A stretch of 64,000 bases of DNA, taken from assembly GCA_951406725.2 (NCBI GenBank), contig OX597821.1, forward strand, positions 76,322,001 to 76,386,000, written 5' to 3'. The notes below the pieces were generated by a model. The model saw nothing but the letters and a program-made list of their open reading frames with translations. It was not told the origin of the DNA and searched no databases. Positions 14,131 to 28,785 of this stretch are shown here, piece by piece. This stretch comes from Octopus vulgaris. Its lineage: Eukaryota. How positions within the stretch are numbered: position 1 is the stretch's first letter; the number at the start of each line of letters is the position of its first letter. The position numbers were made by a program, and so were the translations under genes.

Positions 14131-14285
14131 TGTGTTTCTTTGTTAGAAATGAGCACCGTTCTAGGAAGAATTCTAACAATAAGAAGAAAAGGGGCCATAG
14201 AATCAAATCACAGACACATATACATTCATACAGAAATATATTCACAAATATTCATATACAAATATATTCATACTCACACACACAC

Positions 14286-14374
<89 letters not shown>

Positions 14375-15720
14375 CGGTCGTAGGATCGCGGTTTCGATTC
14401 CCAGACCGGGCGTTGTGAGTGTTTATCTAAAGCCCCACGAAGCTCCGGCAGGGTGGTGGTGGCGAACCCTGCTGTACACTTTCAACACAACTTTCTCTCA
14501 TTCTTTCTGCTTGTTCTTGTTGTACCTGTATTTCAAAAGGTGACCCTTATCACTCTCTGTGTCACGTTGAATCTCACCGAGAACTACGTTAAGGGTACAC
14601 GTGTCTGTGGGGTGCTCAGCCACTTGCACGTTAATTTCACGAGCAGGCTGTTCCGTTAATCGGATCAACTGGAATCCACGTCGTCGTAACCGACGGAGTA
14701 CCACGATATGTATATACACACACACACACACACTAACACACACATACACAAACACGCTCACATTCAAACATGCATACTCTTACATGCATGTACACAAGTA
14801 GAAAGCATGGCCATACACATCCGCGAATGAACGAACTCACAAACACACACAAAGAGTCTGTATGATGCAGTCATACAAACATACTCAGGCACACACATAC
14901 ACGTACACAGACTTATACATACCTATATATACACACATGCATCCAACCTCATGTTTACACACACACACATGCAAGGACTGAGGAGGCAGACGCACTCACA
15001 CACACACACAAGGACACGTCCACCGTTTATCTTCAGATTAAGTTTTAATAGTAAAGAAGAAAGTATTCAGTAAATGGATGTGACTCGAGGGAAAAAAGAG
15101 TACGAAAGGAAGGGAGACAATAAGACAAACATCGCTGGAATCAGTACATGGCCCGGCGACCGTGTTATCAGAATCGTTTGACATATCAACACTATCGTAT
15201 AACAACAATATGGATGTTTGATGAGTGAGACTGAACGTAAGAGACTGTCTTGTTACATAGATATTTGTTTGATTTCTTTCTTTCCTTCCTTCTTTTCTTC
15301 TTTCCTCCTCCACCACCACCACCACCACCATCCGGCTGCTTCCCCCACCACCACCACCACCATCACCGCCCTCCATCCTGATTTGACAAGAGGCAGTAAC
15401 TTTGCTGTGTTTCATGTCGGCGAAAGGTGCGCCGGGTGCCCGCGAAACTAATCAATCAGTCCAAGGCTGGGGAACCACCGCAAACTGCAATACGATCGCA
15501 TGAACTTACACCAGTGATTGTGTATGTGTGTATCTGTACGTGTGTATACGTGTGTATACGTATGTGTGTGTGTGTGAAATAGAGAGTTTGTGTGATGTGA
15601 GTGCGTACGCGTGCTTGCGTGTGCACGTATATGTGCGCATATGTATATATGTGTGTGCGTTCATTTCTTGTTTTATATATTTCTTACTATCTATCTTTCT
15701 TTTCTTCCTTTATATCTTTT

Positions 15721-15774
<54 letters not shown>

Positions 15775-17009
15775 TTTCTTTATATCTTTTCTTTATTTAT
15801 ATCTTTATTCATTTAAGTCTTTATTTCTGTCTTCGTGTTTCTTTTAGTTTCTTCAATACAGCCAGAAGCCGACGTTGCGGCGACAAATGTATCGCTAGCT
15901 TTGCTTGCCTTATTGATGGCATAGTTTAAGACGTTGTCAAAGAAAAGAAGTTGTGTGTTACTACTGCGGGAGTGAAGTTTGTCTAACTAGTAGTTAAGGG
16001 ATTGAACAGGGTATTTATCGCAGCCTGTAGTCAGTACAAGTATGTAAATAGTAACCAACGTGTCCACATCGCCAGCGCTTCTTTATTGGACAAGTTAATT
16101 ATTCTGAGAAATAGCGGGACGAAGGGGGAAATGATTGTTTGGGAAAACAAGGATTTGGAGAAGGCTACATTTAAAACAACTCTGTACGCGTGTTTTTGTG
16201 TTTAAAATCTGGTCCACAAGTCTTTACATTCATTGCATTCGTTAATCACTTAGTTTCGTTTTATCTGGATTTAATGGCGACTTAATTTTTCACCCAACCC
16301 ATTCCTCCACATGCACACATGTCGGTTAATGTTCTGTGTGGTGTCTGTATTAATACGCCGGGCAAAATGCTTAGCGGTATTTTGTCTGCCGCTACATTCT
16401 GAGTTCAAATTCCGCCGAGGTCGACTTTGCCTTTCATCCATTCGGGGTCGATAAATTAAGTACCAGTTACGCACTGGGATCAATGTAATCAACTTAATCC
16501 GTTTGTCTGTCTTTGTTTGTCCCCTCTGTGTTTAGCCCTTTGTGGGTAGTAAAGAAATAAGTATTTCGTCTGCTGCTACGTGCTGAATTCAAATTCCGCC
16601 GAGGTCGACTTTGCCTTTCATCTTTTCGGGGTCGATAAATTAAGTACCAGTTACGCACTAGGGTCGATGTAATCGACTTAATCCGTTTGTCTGTCCTTGT
16701 TTGACCCTCTGTGATATCTCGTCCGTCTTTACGTTCTGAGTTCAAATTCCGCCGAAGTCCACTTTGTTTTACATCCCTTTGTGGGTCGATGAGATAAATA
16801 CCAGTCGAATGCTGAGGGAGCCCTCCTCCCCTGACATTGCTGGCCTTGTGTCAAAATTTGAAATCAATATTAGTGCACATGTTCACGTGGGAAGCGTTGC
16901 TGCTTCAGCTCTCCTTCCATTTGCTTGATGTTATAGAATACTGTGAGCAGCACATATCTCACTATTTCACATACAACTGTACACAGCACAACCGTACGCA
17001 CGTGCACAG

Positions 17010-17050
<41 letters not shown>

Positions 17051-17099
17051 GAATTGTTAACAAGCCCGACAAAGTGTATAGTGGCATTTCTCCCGGTTT

Positions 17100-17390
17100 T
17101 ATGTTCTGAGTTAGATATTCTAAAAGAAAATGAAGAACAACAGAATAAACAAATGGAAAGGCATAGCCAACTCATGCAAAAAACCGAGAATGCTGGAAGT
17201 AAAGATCGCTGGCGCTAGTTGAAAGAATAGAACTTGAATCGAGAGACTGAAACGATAATTATAGCTGCTCATGAACAAACCCTTGGAACAAATCTGATAA
17301 AGGCAAAGATTGACAAAACTCAGTCAGACAGCAAACGCAAAATCTGCAGGAAAGGAGACGAAAGTATAACTCACATTTTGAGTTATGCTC
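17100..17390 (+). mobile_element. Degenerate R4/Dong-like fragment
   Basis: LNRETETIIIAAHEQTL..KICRKGDESITHILS resembles the ETEGF(L)IAAQDQ..CCHC region. Confidence 0.65.
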
Positions 17391-17807
17391 AAATCAAAAT
17401 TACATCTTTACTTCTTTGGTTTCCTTTTTCAAGTAGAGGTAATCTCTATCACTATTGATTTGAAGAAATTTGATGGTGATTAATTGGTTTGGAATTAAAA
17501 AATCAATGAACTCTTAGTTTAACCTCAAACCGAGTTGTCTCGATGTTGGTACGAGGACAATAAATTTAGACTGAGCCATAACTCGTTTAATGTTGGTAGG
17601 CAACGCTGTGGAATATTCTTCTTGTCCGTATGTTATATTATCTGGTTATGCGCTCCGTGTAACAAATTCTATCATAGAATATATTTTCATTCTTCCCTTG
17701 GTACTTACAGCATTCCTCGTCAGTTATCAGAGAATCATGCAGTCATTGATAGAGATTTTGCTTGCCTGGTTTGTAGGTTATCTCTTTTTTTTTACAATCC
17801 TGACCAA

Positions 17808-18118
<311 letters not shown>

Positions 18119-18664
18119 AATCCTGACCAAATTTCATCTTTATATCCTTTGAAAATATTGTCAATTGATCAAGGCTCTGTTTTACTGTGATGCACATTTT
18201 TGGCATAAACTTTCAGATATCAAAGCAAGCATCTTCGTATGCAATTTTGTTTTTACTTATATTACTTCCTTATAAGGAAGTTACTATACATGTATATATG
18301 TGTATTATTTATGTATATTTTGAAGATATTACTACATGGAACGCGTCACAAAAATTTCGAAATTAATCTAAACCCCTAACGTCATTTTCCCTTATAAAGA
18401 TGAAATTCTGCTGGATTGTGTGTCTAAAATATCATTCCCATTGTCGGTGAGTTCGTAAGCACGTTTGAGAATTGTATAAAATGTTTAGCAGCATTTCTTC
18501 CGGTTGTCGACTTTCTGAGTTCAAACTCCGCAGTCAACTCCATCTGTCATCCTTTCGATATTAATAAAACAATAAAATAAGCATTAATCAAATACTGGGC
18601 CGATGTAATCGACTCGACCTTCTCCTTAATTGCTAGCCTTGGGCCGAAATTTGAAACCATTATT

Positions 18665-18920
18665 GTTGTTGCTAGTTTCTCTTCATTCAATTTGGTTTCC
18701 ATTTCTTGTCAAGTGGCCTCCTGACATCTAGGGCAAAGAAATTCCCTATACAGATTGATAAACCATTAAATCAAAAACGCCAGAGTGTTCATTCACAAAA
18801 TAAAGCTATGTTAAAAAATTACATACGTGGTAATCGCTTCTCAGTACGTGTGATGTACCAATTAAAACAATCTTTTGCAAGCATTTCCCACAAATTTGAG
18901 GCCTTGTACCTTTAGGAGAA
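18665..18920 (-). mobile_element. Older 3'-end fragment of the Dong family at 54748-57730
   Basis: CTAGGGCAAAGAAA and TACGTGTGATGTACCA..ACAATCTTTTGCA are shared with 54760-54990. Confidence 0.7.
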
Positions 18921-18929
18921 AGGATTATT

Positions 18930-19489
18930 ATTATTGAATGAGAGAGCAGTACATACCATTAAAGTGACACTGGGGTAAAATATACGCAGTCGAGTATACA
19001 CATTATGACTATATATCTGATAAGGGTACATCAGGCACATACATCCCAACCATATGTGCGCAACATAGTGATCTCATATCAAAATAAACAGCGCATAACC
19101 TTGCAGGTGGGGCCCAGTTAGAGTGTTTTGCATGTTAGATAGCCTATCCCGCTCAAATGGTCCCTGAATAAGGGCTGTTTAAGGATGTTGAACAAAACAC
19201 CCATGCTTCTAAAGGTGAATTATCCAAACCTCTAAGAATCCCTCTCAACACACGGCTATGATGCTCCCCCACTACTTCTGCTTGTGGTTAGAGATGCTCA
19301 TATTGTCAGCCACTAAGGGACATGGTCAACAGGTTAAAGTCAAACAAATGACAAGCAAATTTGTGGTATTAAGCAGAATATTTGCTGTAGCCCATCTTTT
19401 ATACCAAGACAAAACAATGTACATGATAACACTTCCAATCAGTTAAGATCAGAAGCCATGAGAGCCACTGCCTGGTACTGCATCAGGGC

Positions 19490-19492
<3 letters not shown>
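18930..19492 (-). mobile_element. Non-coding repeat embedded in (AAT)n (Dong-type 3'UTR or non-autonomous partner)
   Basis: Bounded by ATT repeats on both sides; its end matches 28571-28674 in the opposite orientation. Confidence 0.55.
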
Positions 19493-19576
<84 letters not shown>

Positions 19577-19941
19577 CATTATTATTATTATTATTATTAT
19601 TATCATTATTATTATTATTATTATTATTATCGCTTTGACAATAGAACATTGTATGAAATGCTCTAAAGTATTTCGACTCAATCCTGTTGCTTCTATGCTC
19701 ATGTTTCTCCTTATGCGGCCACTCTGGGAATACTGTAAGATCGAAGAGGCTCTGGAAGAAAAGAAACAAAAGAACGAATCGCTGAATTCCAATTTCAAAT
19801 CACACCGGAGTCAATTTAGCTTTTCATTCCTCTGTTGGTCGATAAATTAATTACTGGTTGATTCAATTATTCCTACCGCAACCCTAAAATTCTAAGATCT
19901 AGTTCCAATGTAATATATGTAACGGCCACACACACAAACAA

Positions 19942-19973
<32 letters not shown>

Positions 19974-21419
19974 ACGCACATATACACACAGATATATACT
20001 GATATATCTATTATATAGATGTGTGTATATATGTATGGACTTGCGTTGAATCAATCGATTATAGCTTTTCTCCTATAAAATTAATCTAAACTTAATAGGA
20101 TTTATACGTGTGTATGTGTATGTGTGTGCATGTATATGTGCATATATGTATGTGAATGTGTGTTGACAATGTGCTTAAACATATTTTTGAAGTTTTCACT
20201 TTTTCTTCTTCCCACGAGTCTGAAGGCCTTTTCAGTCTGCCATTGTGCGAGTGCATGTGTCTGTGTGCACAGGCGCTTCGTATGTGTTCGTATGCATGTA
20301 TCTACGCGTGTGCACGTACCTGTGCGCGTGCGTGAGCGTGTACAAGTGCATGCCTATGTGTGTGTGTGTGTGGGCACATCTGTGTGCGTGAGTGTATGTT
20401 TGTATGAGTTTCAAAAATATATCTCTGGCTAACGTTTGAATCGAAGGGGAAAGATTCCATTTGGAATTTTGATGATCTTGTCAAAGGAATCTTTCCGATG
20501 AGGATGAAATATCTGCTGATGTGGAAACATGCTTGGGAACAGATTACTAAAAGATTAATCGAAAGAACTCGCTTACACGGCAATCCTCCAACAAACCAAA
20601 GCAGTTATAGTTATGTGTATCAACTTCGTTGACCTTCAGAGAGTCGTAGATAGTTGAATCTATAGGCTACCGAAAGGTCAACAGTTCGGATCTTAACATA
20701 TGATCGTATTGGTGATAATAATATGTCACTTAAACCACCGCTGACCATTTCGTCTTAACGCCATATAACTTGAGCAAGTCGCTTTGCTCAAGGCTGTATC
20801 GGATTTATCACTCCAGAGTATTTTAATGTTCGTTTGACTTGCTAAACATAGTATATAATTCTTCCTCAAATAACATACCGTCTTTAATTACAAAAGGGAC
20901 ATATACTAGATAACGTAGAGCTAGATAATCCTCGAAAGAAGGATTGTTCGTCGCTAAGACAGCTATTCGATCAAGAAGAACAACAACAAAAATGGCAACA
21001 CAAAATAAAGAGAAAACATTCATCAAACAGCTGCTACAAACTTTAACAAAACAAAAACAAAATCAATGGTGTTTATGACTTTAATAATAATAGCAACAAA
21101 AGTAGTTTTTGTCAGTATTACTAGTTCAGAGAAATCCTTTGAATCTGGGCGATTCATAAAAATAGAAAAGGGTAATGAAGTCTGCGTTATAATGATTCGT
21201 TGTCTTTAGAATATATTAGAGAAGTAGAAAGAATGGAAATGATATTCTTGTCTTGTCAGAGAAGACATCTGTATGCTCTGGAAACACATCCAGAAGCTGT
21301 TCTTGTTGATCTGGAGGTCCATATCTCCTCCTTCAGCCGTAGAGAAATTAAAGAGACATCTGTTTGTTTTCACAGAGCTTGACACTGCAGTCGATGAAAA
21401 GTCGACACTCTTGTTCTGT

Positions 21420-21710
21420 TGAGCTACAGTGGAGAAAATGAACGAAGATGGGCAGGAAGCAGTTTTGGACATCGATGGTGACTGTTCTCATTTCTGGAGG
21501 AGTTTCATATCCGGGATTATGGACTTCAAAGTTTAACAGTGCAACGAGGGGAGCATTATACGTTAAGCTCTACCGGCACAGAAACGCAATTAGCCGAAAC
21601 TGCGCGAGATGTGCACATGGCGATGAAACCATCTTGCATGCACTCGTTTAGTGTTCGTTGGTGAGGGATTTATGGGACAGTATCGAACAGTTGCTGTCAC
21701 GTGTAATACA
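21420..21710 (+). mobile_element. Tx1/L1-like zf-RVT fragment (same family as 4561-5278)
   Basis: GALYVKLYRH..SRNCARC..DETILHAL*C CCHC motif. Confidence 0.6.
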
Positions 21711-22723
21711 GTTTTGGCTTTTGTTTGTTTGTTTTATTTGTTGTTTTTGTTAACTTTTTTGTTTTGGAAGAGTAACCTGCCTTCTTCCTTTGACAAGAGT
21801 AAACAGAAGTGGCTGTGTGGTAAGTAGCTTGCTTACCAGCCACATGGTACCGGGTTCAGTCCCACTGCGTAGCACCTTGAGCATCTGTCTTCTACTATAG
21901 CCGCGGGCTGACCAAAGCCTTCTGAGTGGATTTGGTAGACGGAAACTGAAAGAAGCCCGTCGTATGTATGTATATATATATAATGTATGTGTGTGTGTGT
22001 GTGTGTTTTATATATGTTTGTGTACCTGTGTTTGTTCCCACCATCGCTTGACAAAAGATGTTGATTTGTTATGATAATTCCAAAGTCTTTGATCAGATCC
22101 TCACCATGACACCATGAACACTTCTTCCAAATTTTATTTCCGATCATATAAACCAATTCAATTTTTTGGGGGGTGATGTGGGTGTATGCAAAATAAAAGT
22201 GATTTCTTTTGTGTTGTAAACTATTTACCTTTTCTGTGGTGTGGTGTCCCTTTTCACTTGATGCCCTAATCACGTTCTTATTTTACTTAATGGTTAATCC
22301 AGTGCTGGTAACACAAGCCTTTCATCCTTTCAGGGTCGATAAATTAAGTACAAGTTACGCACTGGGGTCGATGTAATCGACTTAATACCTATGTCTGTCC
22401 CTGTTTGTCCCCTCTGTGTTTAGCCCCTTGTGGGTAATAAAGAAATAGGTAACACAAGTAAGAGAATACGATCCTTGCATCTTTCGGCTGGCAAACGTCA
22501 TTTTCTCTTAGAAAATAGGGCTTTGTACCTAATTGAAAGCTGATTGGTTTAATTGACAACGTTGAAAGAAAGCCTTAAATTTATAGCAAAACATTCTGGC
22601 AAGGAGAATTAGCGACAGAGTCTCGAGAGTCGGTTATAGACATTTCATTATATCTACCTCTCAAATACTCCAGGGAAAAAGCGGGAAGACTCCCTATCAT
22701 TATCATCATCATTATTATTATTA

Positions 22724-22787
<64 letters not shown>

Positions 22788-22810
22788 CATTATTATTGTT
22801 ATTATTGTTA

Positions 22811-22874
<64 letters not shown>

Positions 22875-22886
22875 TATTATTATTAA

Positions 22887-23100
22887 GGTGGCGAGCTGGC
22901 AGAATCGTTAGCGCACTGGACGAAATACTTGGCGGTATTTCGTTTGCTGCTACGTTCTGAGTTCAAATTCCGCCGAGGTCGACTTTACCTTTCGACCTTT
23001 CGGGGTCGATAAATTAAGTAGCAGTGAAACACTGGGGTCGACGTAATCGACTAGTCCCCTCCCCATGAAAATGTGGCCTTGTGCCTCCAGTAGAAAGGAT
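22887..23100 (+). mobile_element. SINE family A (tRNA head, Nin/Deu-like CTTTCATCCTTTCGGGGTCGATAAA domain)
   Basis: Near full-length copy. Other copies: ~990-1130, 16354-16862, 18478-18660, 22317-22448, 60541-60757, 62325-62490 (+); 37905-38266, 42722-42932, 45850-46066 (-). Confidence 0.8.
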
Positions 23101-23399
23101 TATTATCATCATCACTGCTAATAGCAACAACAGCAACAACAACAGCAGCAGCAGCAGCATAGCACCTATTATTGCGATCAGCATCATTATCATCATCAAC
23201 AACAATCGCTGAACAATACAAGTCAACTAGGAGCTTCTATGAGGTCGCTCGACCGAACAGAAATAGCAGCAAAAATCTTCGTAAATAAAGAAAAGGCGAT
23301 TAAATCTTAACATCCCCAAAAAGGTGAAATGTTCAAAGTTGGAATACCACTAACCATAAATCTGTTTCACAGATTTCTTCCAACCCTTTGATGTTTTTC

Positions 23400-24258
23400 A
23401 AACACCATCAATACCATTGCACACGACCATTACCCCCACTATCATGGCCACCACTTCCACCAGTGACGTCATCGGAGCTGCCACGGATCATGTTAAATTT
23501 CTACCAACCACTTTGAGGTTTCTTCAAATTTTCCCCAGATTATTTTCAAAATTTGTAGTCCTTATGTAGTTTTGAAGGTTGTCGATGAAAATCGCATTCA
23601 TATTTTTTCTAAAAGTTAACAATAGAGAAGTTACCAGCATTTAAAACTATTTAGTTTTAACCAATCAGCAGGCTCCGTCGCTGGGCAGACCGGAAGTGGT
23701 GAACGTTTCTCCCCGTGAGGGCTTAGTAAGTATTTAAGTTTACATTTATTGAGATTGAATTGAACTTATATATTCTTAATAATCCTCAACAACTAAACTT
23801 TTCGTAAGCGAGAAAATGAACAGTGTTGTGGCACCATCGCCTTTTTGTTATTTAGACGCTGTGGTGCAGTTTAAGAAATATTTGGCTGCTATTTCTAGTA
23901 AGTCGAGAGACCACGTAAAAATCTCATGTGTGCTATTCTCACGAGACAAAAATTCACGACTTCCGGTCTGTCCAGCGATGGAGTCTACTGATTGGTTAAA
24001 TTACATAATTTTAAATGTTTCTAACTTTTTTTTTGTTAATTTCTGGTTAAAATAAATCCGATTTTCGTCATCAGCATGAAAAACCACATCAGAACAATTT
24101 TTTTGAAAACAATCTGGTGAAAATTTGAAAAAAAACCTCACAAGTGGTTGGAAGAAATTTAACAAGATCCGTGGTAGCACCGGTGGCGTCAGTGGTGACA
24201 GTGGTGTCGGTGATGGTAGTGGTGGTGGTACAATGGTTGTGGTACTGATGGTGTTTGT
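23400..24258. mobile_element. Foldback element with ~300-bp imperfect inverted arms
   Basis: 23400-23703 is the reverse complement of 23953-24258 (e.g. AACCAATCAG..CAGACCGGAAGT / ACTTCCGGTCTG..CTGATTGGTT). Confidence 0.7.
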
Positions 24259-24259
24259 G

Positions 24260-24660
24260 GTAGTGGCGGTGTTGGTGGTAATGGTAATTTGCGGTGGTGG
24301 TGGTGGTGGTGGTGGTGGCATTTTGTGGTGGTGGTGGTGGTATTTTGTGGTAGTGGTGGTGATGGCATTTTGTGGTAGTGGTGGTGGTGTTTTGTGGTAG
24401 TGGTGGTGGTGGTGGTGGTGGTGGTGGTGGTGGTGGTGTCTTGTGGTAGTGGTGGTGGTGGTGGTCTTGTGGTAGTGGTAGTGGTGGTGGTGGTAGTGTT
24501 TTGTGGTAGTGGTGGTGGTGGTGGTGGTAGTGTTTTGTGGTGGTGGTGGTGTGGTGGTGGTGGTGGTGGTGTTTAGTGGTGGTGGTGGTGGTGGTGGTGG
24601 TGGTGTTTTGTAGTGGTGTTGGTTGCCGTGATGCGATGATAATGACGTGATGGTGGTGAT
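24260..24660. repeat. (GGT)n degenerate trinucleotide tract
   Basis: Direct reading; a complementary (CAC/CAT)n tract lies at 48035-48790. Confidence 0.9.
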
Positions 24661-25768
24661 GGTGTTGATAGCGTTTCTTTCTTTTCCCCATTGACTGTCG
24701 TCAGGCTGACCGGTTTCTCAAAGGATTTGATCGTTATTAATATATATTATTGGAATATTCCAAAAGGTTTTAAGCTGTAAGAAAATTTGGGAAAGAATGT
24801 AAAGAATAATCCCAAATTAATTTTTGATGAGGAATCTATCCTTTGGTTTGCTAATCCACCCTAGCTGTTTAACTACAGATTTATCAATTAAAAGTTTCTT
24901 TTGTCAAAAGCTGTTACAGAGATTACTCCCGTTAATGATATACCGATCGTAATAAACAAATTCCTATGCTTTGCTCACTCCGACCCACCGTCAGTTTTAT
25001 ACATACGCACACTCACACATACACACACACACACACACACGTACACACACACATACACACACACACACACAAGTGTAATCAACGTGATTAGCCTTTCACG
25101 TTTCACTGACATCTACTGGTTAAGTGATACGAATAATTTAGCTATTTAGTAGACATTTATTTAAGGATTTTTAACTAAATACCAGTTGCGGTAATTCCTG
25201 AAACTCTTCAAGCGTATAAATCTCAGATATACATCGTATTACTACACACAGGCATCCAGCTTCTTCCTTTTAGTTTTGGCTTAGCATTATTCTTTGAAAT
25301 TGATTAAATATTGTGGGAAAACAGATGATATTAAATAAAGGCAGAAAACGAGAATTAGAATATGACATTTGCTTGTAACTGCATATATTTGCAATTATTA
25401 ACATAGCTGTTCTCATTAAGAGATGCTGAGCGCAAATAATCACAGAGAAAACATTTATAGCAGATCTCAATTTCTGAATGGTATTTGTAGTTCTATGAAC
25501 AGCAATCAAAGCTAACAAGTGAACACAGCTCATTGATTCAGTGAGTCGTCTCTGCCAGAGTGAGGCAGGTTTAAGCTCTTTGATGGCATTTTGGTATCAC
25601 TTTAATACTCACTAAGTAACGAAGCCAGCGTGCATTATACAGTGAAGTGAAAACGAAAGGGTTTTTAGAAAATGATGACCAGAAATTAATTAAGTATACA
25701 ATTCCGCTTGGAAAAAATTCTTAAAACCAGAAATGTGTGAGTGCGTGCATGCGTGCGTGTACGTGTCT

Positions 25769-25846
<78 letters not shown>

Positions 25847-26727
25847 ATTTATATATGTATGTATTATATTATTTTAATTTTTTGGTTTGTTTTGTAAGCT
25901 TTAAAAGGGATTAAAATGAAGTTTCCAAACCAGACTTCATGTGTGGTAGATTAATTTCTATGGAAATTTAGAACATAACACCATACAAAAGGAATTAACG
26001 GCCAATGTGTTGGTGCTCCGGAATTATTCAAGTAGATACGTGAAACTGCGAAGAAGACACTTTAACCTTACAGAACAAACTTACTGAGACTTTAAAACAT
26101 TTTCGACGGGCAAAAATATATCGTAAAAAGTTTACTTTTAAGGTTTGTAATTCCAATGACATAATGTATGAGCATTTATAATTTTGACTTCTCTTAGACT
26201 CCTTTGGTAGGAGATATATTATATGTAAGTTCTGTTGTGCCTGGGGTGGACAGTGTTAGAACTATTGAAAAGGTTGCAAAACGCAACGAAAATTTTAGAA
26301 AAATAAAAAAGAAGTGGAAATTTTACCGGTGAGTGTGTTAAATTATAAGGCACGAAAAGAGAATGACTCTCCCCAGACACAACAGAATATGCTTCAACAC
26401 ACGAACTCACATAAAGAATCTTGCAAACCAAATCCAAAAACGATATTATATGTAAGGTTATCAGAGAAAGAAACTATCCCAACAAAAAAAGATATTTGAA
26501 CAGTCATCATTAAATAGCCATGTGTAGTGGCGGACTGGCCAGGTTGCCAGCTTGCTCGATGGTAAGAGGGCCCCTGCGCCATTAGAATCCATATATGAGG
26601 GCACATGTTAGTATCTAAGGGCTCCATACCCTCAAGTTTGAGAATTTTTATTTACTCCTGGAAGAATGTAGTAATTATTTCAGCCTGGCTGTGTTTGTAG
26701 ACAATTGAAAAGAATACTTTTAGCAAC

Positions 26728-26820
<93 letters not shown>

Positions 26821-26822
<2 letters not shown>

Positions 26823-28128
26823 TGTAACTTATAACTGTCCCAGTTATAAGTTACAGCTACAATATCCTTAACTGGACACTAAATGAACTGACCAAAATAG
26901 ATAGGAAAACAAGAAGAATAATGACAGGATCTAGGATGCATCACCCAAAATCTGACATAGAAAGACTATATATACAACGTGTAGAAGGTGGTAGAGGCCT
27001 TATACAACTGGAAAACTACTATAAAATAACCACCATAGGACTGAAAAAATATCTCCTTCAGAAGGAAGGAAAACTGATACAAATAGCGGCAAAACACGAG
27101 CAAAACAAAAAACTGTTCTCAGTATTTAAGGAAGCTGACAAATACAAACAAGAAATCATACCACCTAATAAATATGAAGAAGAAGAAGATGAAGAAACAA
27201 CAAAAGCTATAAAACAAATGAAATCCAAACTAAAAATAGAACAGCAACGAACCATGATAAAACGATGGCAAGAAAAGCCCCTTCATGGTAAATACTGGAC
27301 TAAACTAAACGCAAAAGAAATAGACAAAGAAAAATCCCAGCAATGGTTGAAAAGCTCAGGAATCAAAGCAGAAACAGAGGGATTTTAATTGCAGCACAAG
27401 ACCAAAGCCTCCCCACCAGAAATTACCAAAAACATATAATGAAAAGAAATATTACAAGTAACTGCAAAATATGTGGAGATGGACAAGAAACAATAAATCA
27501 TATTATCTCTAGCTGCCCAGTCCTGGCTAAGAAGGAATATATTCACAGACATGACAGAGTTGGAACCTACATACATTGGAAGCTATGCCAACATTATGGA
27601 ATAATAACAGAAAAAAGATGGTATAGGCACACACCAGAAAAGGTCACAGAAAACGAGAAAGCAACCATACTCTGGGATATGCCGATACACACAGATAGAG
27701 AAATTAAGGCCAACAGACCAGATATAGTTGTCAGAGATCATGAAGAAAAAAATGCTTTCTAATTGATGTATCAATACCGGTAGATGACAACGTGTCTCTA
27801 AAAGAAATGGAGAAACTCTCAAAATACAAAGACCTGGAAATAGAGGAAACCAGAATGTGGAATCTAAAAACAGAAACAATTCCTATCATAGTAGGTGCAT
27901 TAGGCATGATAAAAAAATATTCAGACAAATACATAACAAAAACACCAGGACTTACAAACACATATAACATACAGAAAATTGCACTACTAGGCACTGCAAA
28001 CATCCTACGCAGAGCACTTTCCATACAATAACCATCAGAGCATCACAACAAATCACAGCACATACCCAAGGCACACAGAGCTGCGCTCGGTAGTGAAATG
28101 AAAGCACGCTATAAAAATAAAACTACTG
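26821..28128 (+). mobile_element. 5'-truncated R4/Dong-like LINE (thumb, CCHC, RLE, 3'UTR) with 2 frameshifts, between (AAT)n tracts
   Basis: ORFs 26921-27388, 27343-27762 and 27792-28031 join to HHPKSD..RLY..GGRGL, CKIC..HIISSC, RHD, RPDIVV, IVGALG; collinear with the 54927-57356 protein. Confidence 0.88.
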
Positions 28129-28172
28129 AATAATAATAATAATAATTAATTCTTTTATTGGCCACAAGGGCT

Positions 28173-28259
<87 letters not shown>

Positions 28260-28354
28260 CTACGCAAAATACTTTCTATGTAATATCAAGTTTTAAAACA
28301 AACATAATTTTCGTATGATTTTTTAGACATTCACTAGTACAACACTAAGTACAA

Positions 28355-28480
28355 AACTAAATATATGGCACCCTAGGCATAACACCAACATGAACTTCCA
28401 ACTTGTTGTCTCTTGAGGTCTCTGAGTGAGACTTGGAGCCAATTTGTACAAATGTAAAGCGAAAGTCAAACATACTCGTA

Positions 28481-28572
<92 letters not shown>

Positions 28573-28674
28573 TGCCCGGTGTGCCCTTATCAGACGGGTA
28601 GTCATGATGGGTATATTGGGCTTCGTATATTTTACCCCAGTGTCACTTTGATGGCATGAACTGCTCTCTCACTC
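28355..28674 (+). mobile_element. Two short 5'-truncated 3'-end fragments (28355-28480, 28571-28674) separated by (AAT)n
   Basis: Each ends directly in AATAAT; the second is homologous to 18930-19040. Confidence 0.5.
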
Positions 28675-28708
28675 AATAATAATAATAATGATGATAATGA
28701 TAATAATG

Positions 28709-28785
<77 letters not shown>

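Noticed and set aside
20860-21400. Possible LINE ORF1/C-terminal remnants
   Set aside because: Too degenerate to support by eye.
24089-24691. His/Pro/Thr-rich 200-aa ORF
   Set aside because: Translation of a (GGT)n tract.
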